31,327 nucleotides of DNA from Patescibacteria group bacterium (GCA_030917145.1 JAUPVJ010000041.1:1-31327); one strand, 5' to 3'. Positions 20,682 through 27,303 are shown, counted from the first letter of the stretch. Made by a program: numbers and translations. The notes: generated from the letters alone by a model not told the origin.

Positions 20682-20710
20682 TTTACTTTTATTTTAATGT
20701 GTGGTACTAT
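20682..20710 (+). promoter_or_regulatory. Leaderless-type promoter of the 74-aa ORF
   Basis: TTTACT-17-TACTAT with TGn; ATG 8 nt downstream. Confidence 0.6.
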
Positions 20711-20718
20711 ATAAAAGT

Positions 20719-20943
20719 ATGATACTTGTTCCTTGTTTGGATGATGGTGAGCCTGAGTTTTCAAAAGCTGATTTCGAGGCGTTGTGGAACAACGTTCGCG
20801 AATTTTTGAAGAAGGGGTGGAAGCGCCCATCAGTCGAGCCTCTGTATGGGAGCGACGCAAAACCATTTGGATTGCTGATCGAATCCGAAGGGGCAGCGTA
20901 CCATGTGCTCACTGTCTTTAAGGCGCTGAAGCCTGTTTGTTAA
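20719..20943 (+). CDS. Small hypothetical protein (74 aa, MILVPCLDDGE...)
   Basis: ORF track, start revised to ATG 20719 on the basis of promoter position; followed by a terminator. Confidence 0.65.
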   Translation: MILVPCLDDGEPEFSKADFEALWNNVREFLKKGWKRPSVEPLYGSDAKPFGLLIESEGAAYHVLTVFKALKPVC

Positions 20944-20977
20944 ACACTAAGAGTTTTTACTCATTAGTGTATTTTTT
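20944..20977 (+). terminator. Intrinsic terminator
   Basis: acactaa-gagt-tttt-actc-a-ttagtgt followed by a T-run. Confidence 0.75.
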
Positions 20978-21002
20978 TGTCTGTAAAAGTTACGATATAT
21001 AA

Positions 21003-21608
21003 ATGAGTGAAAGCTTTTTGATCGGAATAGACGAAGCAGGGAGAGGGCCACTGGCCGGACCTGTAGCTATCGGGCTTTTTAAAATCAACAAAGGATCTTT
21101 AAAAAAAGGTTTTTTTGAGAAAAATTTTCCTGGGCTTAAAGACAGCAAGAAGCTTACCGAAAAAAAACGAGAAGAGTTTTTTATCAAACTACAATCTTTT
21201 AAAAAAGATGGAATCATTGATTTTTCAGTTTCTTTAATTTCAGAAAAAATCATCGACCAAAAAGGAATTTCTTTTGCTATAAAGCTCGGAATAGAAAAAT
21301 GTTTGAAAAAAGTAAAAGCTCAAAGTAAGGACGAAATTCTTTTAGACGGAGGACTTAAAGTTTCTCCACTTTTTAAGAATCAAAAGACGATCATAAAAGG
21401 AGACGAAAAAGAGCCTACAATCTCACTTGCTTCGATTTGTGCCAAAGTCACTCGCGACAGGTTCATGAAAAAAGAAGCTTTGAAATACCCCGATTTTGGG
21501 TTTGAGGTCCACAAAGGCTATGGTACTAAGAAACACAGGGAATATATTGAAAAGTTAGGACTCACGAAAATCCACAGAAAAAGCTTTTGTAAAAAGGTTA
21601 GGGTTTGA
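21003..21608 (+). CDS. rnhB: Ribonuclease HII
   Basis: [53 protein letters not shown]. Confidence 0.97.
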   Translation: MSESFLIGIDEAGRGPLAGPVAIGLFKINKGSLKKGFFEKNFPGLKDSKKLTEKKREEFFIKLQSFKKDGIIDFSVSLISEKIIDQKGISFAIKLGIEKCLKKVKAQSKDEILLDGGLKVSPLFKNQKTIIKGDEKEPTISLASICAKVTRDRFMKKEALKYPDFGFEVHKGYGTKKHREYIEKLGLTKIHRKSFCKKVRV

Positions 21609-21618
21609 GCCTTCAAAT

Positions 21619-21646
21619 TTGCCAGATTTTTCTCTTTGTGTATACT
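21619..21646 (+). promoter_or_regulatory. Promoter of rpmF(-nusB-rnc)
   Basis: TTGCCA-16-TATACT; ATG 9 nt downstream. Confidence 0.6.
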
Positions 21647-21655
21647 GTAAATATT

Positions 21656-21865
21656 ATGGTAGTAAGAATGCGACACACCCGGTCACATACCGGCAATAGA
21701 AGAAGTCACCACGCTTTAAAGGCTACGGTCTCAAAGCTGTGTGAAAACTGTGGAAACCCAAAACTTCCGCATGTTGCCTGTGGTAACTGTGGGACCTATA
21801 AAAAGCGGGTAGTTGTTGAAGTTGTTACAAAAGCCGAGAAAAAAGCATCTAAAGCAAAAAAATAA
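21656..21865 (+). CDS. rpmF: 50S ribosomal protein L32 (zinc-ribbon form)
   Basis: [36 protein letters not shown]; start revised to ATG 21656. Confidence 0.95.
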   Translation: MVVRMRHTRSHTGNRRSHHALKATVSKLCENCGNPKLPHVACGNCGTYKKRVVVEVVTKAEKKASKAKK

Positions 21866-21873
21866 AAGTATCG

Positions 21874-21908
21874 TCCCGAAAGGGAATTAAAAAATAAGTT
21901 CTTTAATA
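21874..21908 (+). promoter_or_regulatory. boxB-like GAAA hairpin plus boxA overlapping the nusB start codon
   Basis: tccc-gaaa-ggga (21874-85); GTTCTTTAATA (21898-21908) matches the boxA consensus GYTCTTTAANA, and its last A is the A of the ATG. Confidence 0.7.
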
Positions 21909-22810
21909 TGGCCACTAGGCACCTCTCGAGATCAGTAGTTTTACAAACAATATTTGAGTGGGATTTCAAAGATAAACCCGAAGCCTCTTTTGATGTTGAA
22001 CTAAAAAGAAACCTAGACGAATTCGCTCCAGGTTCTACAGACTTTCCTTTTATAAAAAAATTAGCGGACGGAGTACAAAAGAAATATAAAGATTTAGATA
22101 AAATCATTTCAAAAGCTGCTCCTGATTGGCCTCTAGAAAAAATCGCAAATGTCGACCGAAACGTTTTACGTATCGGTCTTTATGAGCTTCTGTTTTCTGA
22201 TCGTGGAGAAGTGCCGCCAAAAGTTGCGATCAACGAAGCTATTGAGCTTGCAAAAACTTTTGGAGGAGAAACTTCCGGGCGTTTTGTAAACGGAGTTCTT
22301 GGTGCGGTGTACAAAGAACTTGGAGAACCAGGAAAAGAACAAGAATCAAAAAGAAAAAAACTTCCAGAGGTTGCTTTTGAAGACATGGAAATTGAACGAT
22401 TGGTTGGAGCTGTAGTTTACGCTCGCGATGCTCAAAATATTTATCTCGCTTTGGTGCATGACATTTTTGGTCACTGGACTCTTTCAAAAGGGCATAACAA
22501 AGAAAACGAATCAGATGAAGATGCTGTGGTCCGAAAAGTAGAAGAAGAGATGGGGGTTAATGTTCTTCCTGAAGACAAGCTCGGATCAAACGAATATGTA
22601 GCAACGCTCCCAGAAAAAGGCAAAGTACGAAAACAAGTAAATTACTTTTTAGCAAAAACAGATTTTAAAGATTTGAAGCTCGGAGAGTCTGGAGGGCTAG
22701 ATGATGCAAAATGGTTTAAGATTACAGAAATTTTAGATCTAAATTTTTATGACGATATCTTGCCGATAGTTACAAAAGCAATTGGAATCTTAGCATCTAA
22801 GAAGAGCTGA
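21908..22810 (+). CDS. nusB: Transcription antitermination factor NusB fused to a C-terminal NUDIX domain
   Basis: RHLSRSVVLQTIFEWD, DRNVLRIGLYEL, VAINEAIELAKTFG..SGRFVNGVLG; then HWTLSKG..G-x5-E-x7-RKVEEEMG. Confidence 0.92.
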   Translation: MATRHLSRSVVLQTIFEWDFKDKPEASFDVELKRNLDEFAPGSTDFPFIKKLADGVQKKYKDLDKIISKAAPDWPLEKIANVDRNVLRIGLYELLFSDRGEVPPKVAINEAIELAKTFGGETSGRFVNGVLGAVYKELGEPGKEQESKRKKLPEVAFEDMEIERLVGAVVYARDAQNIYLALVHDIFGHWTLSKGHNKENESDEDAVVRKVEEEMGVNVLPEDKLGSNEYVATLPEKGKVRKQVNYFLAKTDFKDLKLGESGGLDDAKWFKITEILDLNFYDDILPIVTKAIGILASKKS

Positions 22811-22817
22811 TTTAAAA

Positions 22818-22885
22818 GTATTTAGTATGTCGTATATAGTATTTGGTATTTATACTTAATACTATATACAAAATACTACATACTA
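22818..22885 (+). repeat. Inverted heptamer-periodic array forming a long hairpin in the rnc leader
   Basis: GTAT at 22818/25/32/39/46 and ATAC at 22852/59/66/73/80; 22823-22850 pairs with 22858-22885 (24 of 28 positions). Confidence 0.8.
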
Positions 22886-22893
22886 TTCACACA

Positions 22894-23580
22894 ATGAATA
22901 CAGACATAATCGAAAAAAAAATAGGAATAGTTTTTAAAGACAAATCTCTTTTGGAGAAGGCTTTTACACACCGCTCTTACTTAAATGAAAACAGAGGTCT
23001 TGGTCTTGAACACAATGAACGTCTAGAGTTTTTAGGAGACGCTGTTTTGGAGCTCGTGGTTACAGACTTTTTGTATAGAAAATATCCAAAAAAACCAGAA
23101 GGGGAAATGACTTCTCTGCGGTCAGCTTTGGTAAACTCTACAATGCTTGCGGAAATTTCAAGTTCTCTAAATTTTAGTGAGTACCTACTGCTTTCTCGTG
23201 GTGAAGCAAAAGACAAGGGAAGAGCAAGACAGTACATCTTGGCAAATACTTTTGAATCAGTCGTTGGGGCAATTTACCTTGATCAAGGTTATGCTGGAGC
23301 AGATAAATTTATTGGAGAATTTCTTTTGCCCAAAATCACAGAAGTAGAAGAAAAGCGCCTTTGGATAGATGCAAAAAGTTTTTTCCAAGAACAAGCTCAA
23401 GAAAAATTTGGTTCTACTCCTCAATATAAAACTCTAAAAGATCACGGTCCTGACCATGACAAGGTCTTTACTGTTGGTGTATTTATCGGCGAAGATCTAA
23501 TCGCTGAAGGAAGTGGAAAAAGTAAACAAGATGCAGAACAAGAAGCTGCGAGGAGTGCACTAGACAAAAAAGGATGGTAA
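22894..23580 (+). CDS. rnc: Ribonuclease III
   Basis: AFTHRSY, NERLEFLGDAVL, EGEMT, ANTFESVVGAIYLD, dsRBD (GPDHDKVF, GKSKQDAEQEAA). Start revised to ATG 22894. Confidence 0.97.
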   Translation: MNTDIIEKKIGIVFKDKSLLEKAFTHRSYLNENRGLGLEHNERLEFLGDAVLELVVTDFLYRKYPKKPEGEMTSLRSALVNSTMLAEISSSLNFSEYLLLSRGEAKDKGRARQYILANTFESVVGAIYLDQGYAGADKFIGEFLLPKITEVEEKRLWIDAKSFFQEQAQEKFGSTPQYKTLKDHGPDHDKVFTVGVFIGEDLIAEGSGKSKQDAEQEAARSALDKKGW

Positions 23581-23600
23581 ATCTTGTAGTACAAGATTTA
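23578..23600. repeat. Palindrome overlapping the rnc stop codon
   Basis: taaatcttgta-g-tacaagattta. Confidence 0.75.
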
Positions 23601-23601
23601 T

Positions 23602-23711
23602 GTCGCAAGAATTTCATTTCCGTAAGGAAATGAAATTTTGCGACTATTTTCGAACCACGGGAATCGTGCAGAAAGATTTCTAGCTCCGTAAGGGGATAAA
23701 AATTTTCTGCA
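23602..23711 (+). repeat. Two related GTAA-tetraloop hairpins (REP-like)
   Basis: 23602-23644 gtcgcaagaatttcatttcc-GTAA-ggaaatgaaattttgcgac and 23667-23711 tgcagaaagatttctagctcc-GTAA-ggggataaaaattttctgca; shared core TCCGTAAGG. Confidence 0.7.
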
Positions 23712-23740
23712 AAAAAATAATCCGTTCTCTATGACGGATT
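23711..23740 (-). terminator. Terminator of the 38-aa membrane peptide gene
   Basis: aatccgt/acggatt stem with the TAG in the loop; the A-run at 23711-17 is a U-tract on the minus strand. Confidence 0.7.
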
Positions 23741-23845
23741 GCGTTCGTGCTCCCTATGAAGACTCCCGAGGGATCTTTGTTGTAGCCAGATTAGGTAGAC
23801 TGCAAAAAGTAGGATTCCCAGCAATTGTTCGGGGTTGAGATTCAT
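23729..23845 (-). CDS. 38-aa single-TM microprotein (not in ORF track): MNLNPEQLLGILLFAVYLIWLQQRSLGSLHREHERNPS
   Basis: Hand translation; 14-residue hydrophobic core LLGILLFAVYLIWL; own terminator and a candidate -10 TAGTAT at 23879-74. Confidence 0.6.
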   Translation of the reverse strand: MNLNPEQLLGILLFAVYLIWLQQRSLGSLHREHERNPS

Positions 23846-23855
23846 GATTTGTGTG

Positions 23856-23883
23856 GGTGTAGTAACTAAAAAAATACTACACC
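23856..23883. promoter_or_regulatory. Operator-like inverted repeat between the divergent microprotein and smc promoters
   Basis: ggtgtagta-N10-tactacacc; overlaps the minus-strand -10. Confidence 0.5.
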
Positions 23884-23927
23884 TATTTTTCTTTTCTGCA
23901 AACATTTTGTGATATCATATACACACA

Positions 23928-26168
23928 ATGTATCTCAAAAACCTCGAAATCAACGGCTTTAAATCTTTTGGCAAAAAGAGTGTTTTGGAGTTTAACACCC
24001 CAATTACTGCAATTGTAGGTCCAAATGGTTCTGGAAAATCAAACGTAGCCGAGGCCTTTCGATTTGTTCTGGGAGAGCAATCTCTAAAAAGCATGAGAGG
24101 AAAAAAAGGTGAAGATTTGATTTTCAGTGGCTCCAATGAAGCTGTGCGAGGAAACCGAGCGAGCGTAAAACTTACTTTTGATAACAAGAAAAAATTTCTA
24201 AATCTAGACTTCGATGAAGTTTCGATTGAACGTGTGGTTTACAGAGATGGTGGAAATGAATATTTGATAAACGGAAGTAAGGTGCGTCTTCGAGACGTGC
24301 TTGAGCTTTTGGCTTCCGCAAACATTGGTTCAAGTGGACACCACATCATTTCTCAAGGAGAAGCGGACAGAATTTTGCATTCAAACCCGAAAGAAAGACG
24401 AGAGATGATTGAAGATGCTTTGGGAATTAAAATCTATCAATACAAAAAAGAAGAGAGTGAAAAGAGACTTGTAAAAACAGAAGAAAATATAAAACAAGTA
24501 GAATCCCTACGAAGAGAGATCGCTCCTCATTTAAAATTTTTAAAAAAGCAGGTAGAGAAACTTGAAAAAGCAGAGGAGCTACGACTTGAGTTTGTAAATT
24601 CTGCCCGAATATATTTTAAAAAAGAAGCGGTCTTTTTACAAAATGCGCGGGAAGTTATTTTAAATAAAAAGAAAGAGCCAGAGCTTGAGCTACGTGTCTT
24701 AGAGCAAAAACTACAAAAATTACGAGAGATGGTTGAAGAGGGTTTGGAAGGGAAAAAAGAAACCCCAGAGATTTTAGATATCGAGAGAAAGCTTGAAGCC
24801 CTTCGTGAGAAAAAAGATGCGGGACTTCGAGAGCTTGGAAAAATTGAAGGAGAGATTTCTTTTGTGCGACGATCAATTCAAAAAGAAGAACATTTGCAAA
24901 GACAAGAGGAGGGTAAAACTGTGCTTTTGACAGATGTTGAAAAAGTAGAAAGAGAAGTGGCTGAAATCGTGAGTGCGGCTTCTCGGGATCAAAGTGAGAG
25001 TTCTTTCATGAGTGCTGTTTCTCGAATTCAGGTCGCTATTCGTAATTTTATTTTACGTCACAAAGACAGTGTAAATTCTAATACCTTGGTTTCGTTGCAA
25101 AAGGAACTAGCAGACTTAGAAGAAAAGAGAAAAGGTCTTGAAAAAAATGTTGCGGATTTAAAGGAAGACGAGGAAAAGTTATTGCGTCATTATGAAGAAA
25201 AGAAAATCGAACTTGAAAAAGTAAAAGACGAAACTCGTGAAGCTGAAAAAGAAATTTTCAGAATTGTCGCTAGGCAAAATGAAATGCATGTCATTTTGGA
25301 CAAACTAAAGTCTGAAGAAAGAGAAATTTTGTACGCGGGCGAAGTCATGAAGTCCGACATAGGGGATTTTGCTAGTGTTGGAGGAGTGGAGGTGATGAAA
25401 TTTGAAGAAGCGATGATTGATTTTCGCGAGGAGCAAAGGAGTGAGCAACTTGAAAGAAAGCGTCATCTTGAGCGATTAAAAATCAGACTCGAAGAAACAG
25501 GGGTTTCTGGAGGAGCGGATATTATGAAAGAGTACAAAGAAGTAGGGGAAAGAGATGCTTTTCTAGCCTCTGAACTCACAGACCTCGATAGTGCTAAAGC
25601 AGATTTAGAAAAACTCATAAAAGAACTTTCAGAAAAACTAGATCAAGAATTTAAAGAAGGTGTGAAAAAAATCAACGATGAGTTTGGAAAATTCTTTACA
25701 CTTATGTTTGGTGGTGGGCACGCAGGACTACGTGTTGTAAAACAAGAAAAAAGAAAGAAGGCTTTGCCGGAAGATGAAGAGGGTCTCGCTCTTGCAGAGG
25801 AGGTAGAAACAGAAGAGGGAATCGACATCGATGTTTCTTTGCCACACAAGAAAATAAAAGGCCTCATGATGCTTTCAGGAGGAGAAAGAGCTTTGACTTC
25901 AATTGCTCTTCTTTTTGCAATTTCTCAAGTAAATCCTCCGCCATTTGTGATCTTGGACGAGACAGACGCAGCACTCGACGAATCAAACAGTCGAAAATAT
26001 GGCGACATGGTGGAATCTTTGGCGAAACATTCAGAGCTTATTGTGATAACTCACAACAGAGAGACTATGAGCCGAGCTGGAGTACTCTACGGAGTAACTA
26101 TGGGTAAAGACGCTGTTTCTAAGGTTTTGGGGATCTCATTTTCAGATGCAGAGGCGGTAGCCAAGTAA
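23928..26168 (+). CDS. smc: SMC-family ATPase, short form (746 aa) with no recognisable hinge
   Basis: MYLKNLEINGFKSF, GPNGSGKSN, ISQG, LSGGE, ILDETDAALD, VITH; rnc-smc synteny. Confidence 0.88.
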   Translation: MYLKNLEINGFKSFGKKSVLEFNTPITAIVGPNGSGKSNVAEAFRFVLGEQSLKSMRGKKGEDLIFSGSNEAVRGNRASVKLTFDNKKKFLNLDFDEVSIERVVYRDGGNEYLINGSKVRLRDVLELLASANIGSSGHHIISQGEADRILHSNPKERREMIEDALGIKIYQYKKEESEKRLVKTEENIKQVESLRREIAPHLKFLKKQVEKLEKAEELRLEFVNSARIYFKKEAVFLQNAREVILNKKKEPELELRVLEQKLQKLREMVEEGLEGKKETPEILDIERKLEALREKKDAGLRELGKIEGEISFVRRSIQKEEHLQRQEEGKTVLLTDVEKVEREVAEIVSAASRDQSESSFMSAVSRIQVAIRNFILRHKDSVNSNTLVSLQKELADLEEKRKGLEKNVADLKEDEEKLLRHYEEKKIELEKVKDETREAEKEIFRIVARQNEMHVILDKLKSEEREILYAGEVMKSDIGDFASVGGVEVMKFEEAMIDFREEQRSEQLERKRHLERLKIRLEETGVSGGADIMKEYKEVGERDAFLASELTDLDSAKADLEKLIKELSEKLDQEFKEGVKKINDEFGKFFTLMFGGGHAGLRVVKQEKRKKALPEDEEGLALAEEVETEEGIDIDVSLPHKKIKGLMMLSGGERALTSIALLFAISQVNPPPFVILDETDAALDESNSRKYGDMVESLAKHSELIVITHNRETMSRAGVLYGVTMGKDAVSKVLGISFSDAEAVAK

Positions 26169-26172
26169 GTTG

Positions 26173-26195
26173 TGATTTTTGTACCACAAAAATCA
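26173..26195. repeat. Palindrome just after the smc stop codon
   Basis: tgatttttgt-acc-acaaaaatca. Confidence 0.7.
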
Positions 26196-26200
26196 TCTTC

Positions 26201-26236
26201 CCTTAAACCTTACCCCTTTCACCTTGGGACCTTCCC
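26201..26236 (+). repeat. Degenerate heptamer array (CCTT core)
   Basis: ccttaaa ccttacc cctttca ccttggg (a)ccttccc. Confidence 0.6.
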
Positions 26237-26243
26237 TATGTGT

Positions 26244-26272
26244 TTGACCATTTTACCCATATCTGCTACTAT
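26244..26272 (+). promoter_or_regulatory. Leaderless-type promoter of rpsP
   Basis: TTGACC-17-TACTAT with TGn; ATG 7 nt downstream. Confidence 0.8.
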
Positions 26273-26279
26273 CTAATCC

Positions 26280-26585
26280 ATGTTAAAAATACGACTTCAA
26301 AGAGTAGGAAGAAAGCACGAACCGGCATTTAAGATCGTGCTTACTGACTCAAAGAACGGAACTAAAAGTGGGAAATTCCTAGAGGTTTTAGGGTCTCATG
26401 ATTTTCGCTTTGGTGAGCCTCAAATCAAAGCTGATCGAGTAAAATACTGGATCGGAAAGGGTGCTCAAGTTTCTGATACTATGCACAATCTTCTTGTAGA
26501 GAAAAAAGTTGTTGAAGGAAAGAAAAGAAATGTACTTCCTCAAAAGACTCCAATCGTAAAGAAAGAAGCAGAAGTAAAAGCATAA
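26280..26585 (+). CDS. rpsP: 30S ribosomal protein S16
   Basis: MLKIRLQRVGRKHEPAFKIVLTDS..GKFLEVLG..YWIGKGAQVSDT. Confidence 0.97.
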   Translation: MLKIRLQRVGRKHEPAFKIVLTDSKNGTKSGKFLEVLGSHDFRFGEPQIKADRVKYWIGKGAQVSDTMHNLLVEKKVVEGKKRNVLPQKTPIVKKEAEVKA

Positions 26586-26717
26586 ACCTCTCTAGGTTTT
26601 TTAAACAAAAACAATTTGAATTTTTGTATTTGTTTATGCTACAATATTTGCATGCAGTAATAGGAATATTTCCTAGTCGCAACTGCGCTGTTTAATAGAA
26701 AGTAAAGACCAAACACA

Positions 26718-27029
26718 ATGGAAAGAGACGCACAGTTTCTAGAATTTGTTGTCAAATCTCTTGTTGACAACCAGGATGCAGTAAAGATTAATAGAACAGT
26801 AGACGAAATGGGAGTTTTGCTCTCACTTTCAGTTGACCCAGCTGATATGGGAAAAGTGATCGGACGAGCAGGAAACACTGCTAAAGCTATCCGAACACTA
26901 CTACGAGTAGTTGGAATGAAAAACAACGCTCGAGTAAATCTAAAAATAAATGAACCAGAAGGTTTTGTAAAAGAAGCAACTTCAACAACAAAAACAATTG
27001 ATGAAGCGATGGAAGACCTTAATATCTAG
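26718..27029 (+). CDS. khpA: KH-domain RNA-binding protein KhpA (YlqC)
   Basis: LVDNQDAV, VDPADMGKVIGRAGNTAKAIRTLL; rpsP-khpA-trmD synteny. Confidence 0.92.
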   Translation: MERDAQFLEFVVKSLVDNQDAVKINRTVDEMGVLLSLSVDPADMGKVIGRAGNTAKAIRTLLRVVGMKNNARVNLKINEPEGFVKEATSTTKTIDEAMEDLNI

Positions 27030-27062
27030 CTTAGAGCTTTCAACTTCTAGCTTTCAAGCTTA
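27028..27062 (+). repeat. Heptamer array after khpA
   Basis: agcttag agctttc aacttct agctttc aagctta; a related copy lies at 28370-28397. Confidence 0.75.
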
Positions 27063-27095
27063 AAAAACAAACTCCGAAAGGAGTTTGTTTTTTTT
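27062..27095 (+). terminator. Terminator after khpA
   Basis: aaaaaacaaactcc-gaaa-ggagtttgtttttt perfect stem. Confidence 0.9.
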
Positions 27096-27096
27096 G

Positions 27097-27124
27097 TTGA
27101 CAGGGATTTGAAAAGGGTTAATAT
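27097..27124 (+). promoter_or_regulatory. Promoter of orphan unit 1
   Basis: TTGACA-16-TAATAT. Confidence 0.6.
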
Positions 27125-27130
27125 TCGACT

Positions 27131-27300
27131 TGGTAGACACTCAGTGGCGAAAGACGATCCCTTTGGCCGTCCCAGGATTGTTCCAGTGAGAGGTTCTTTA
27201 CTTGTCGGTAGTCGACAGCGGCTAACTAGCGATTGCCTATAGGTCTGAGAACCTTGTTTACTAAGACGCTTCCGGAGGGTTTCCTCTGGAAGCGTCTTTC
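27131..27300 (+). ncRNA. Candidate structured small RNA (or 32-codon GTG micro-ORF 27144-27242) with its own promoter and terminator
   Basis: Helices ctcagtgg/ccagtgag, gacgatcc/ggattgtt, aggttct/agaacct, tgtcg/cgaca; ends in a 16-bp hairpin at 27263-27298. No known RNA family recognised. Confidence 0.4.
27263..27298 (+). terminator. Strong hairpin ending orphan unit 1
   Basis: aagacgcttccggagg-gttt-cctctggaagcgtctt (one G-U), followed by a U-rich tail. Confidence 0.8.
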
Positions 27301-27303
27301 ACT

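Noticed and set aside
20654-22810. Genetic code 25 (TGA=Gly) as in Gracilibacteria/Absconditabacteria
   Set aside because: nusB-NUDIX and the 83-aa ORF end in TGA at sensible boundaries, and long genes are open under code 11.
23578-23745. CRISPR-like array of hairpins
   Set aside because: Only two imperfectly similar units, no constant repeat/spacer period and no cas genes.
26173-26195. parS site near smc
   Set aside because: Does not match the TGTTTCACGTGAAACA consensus.
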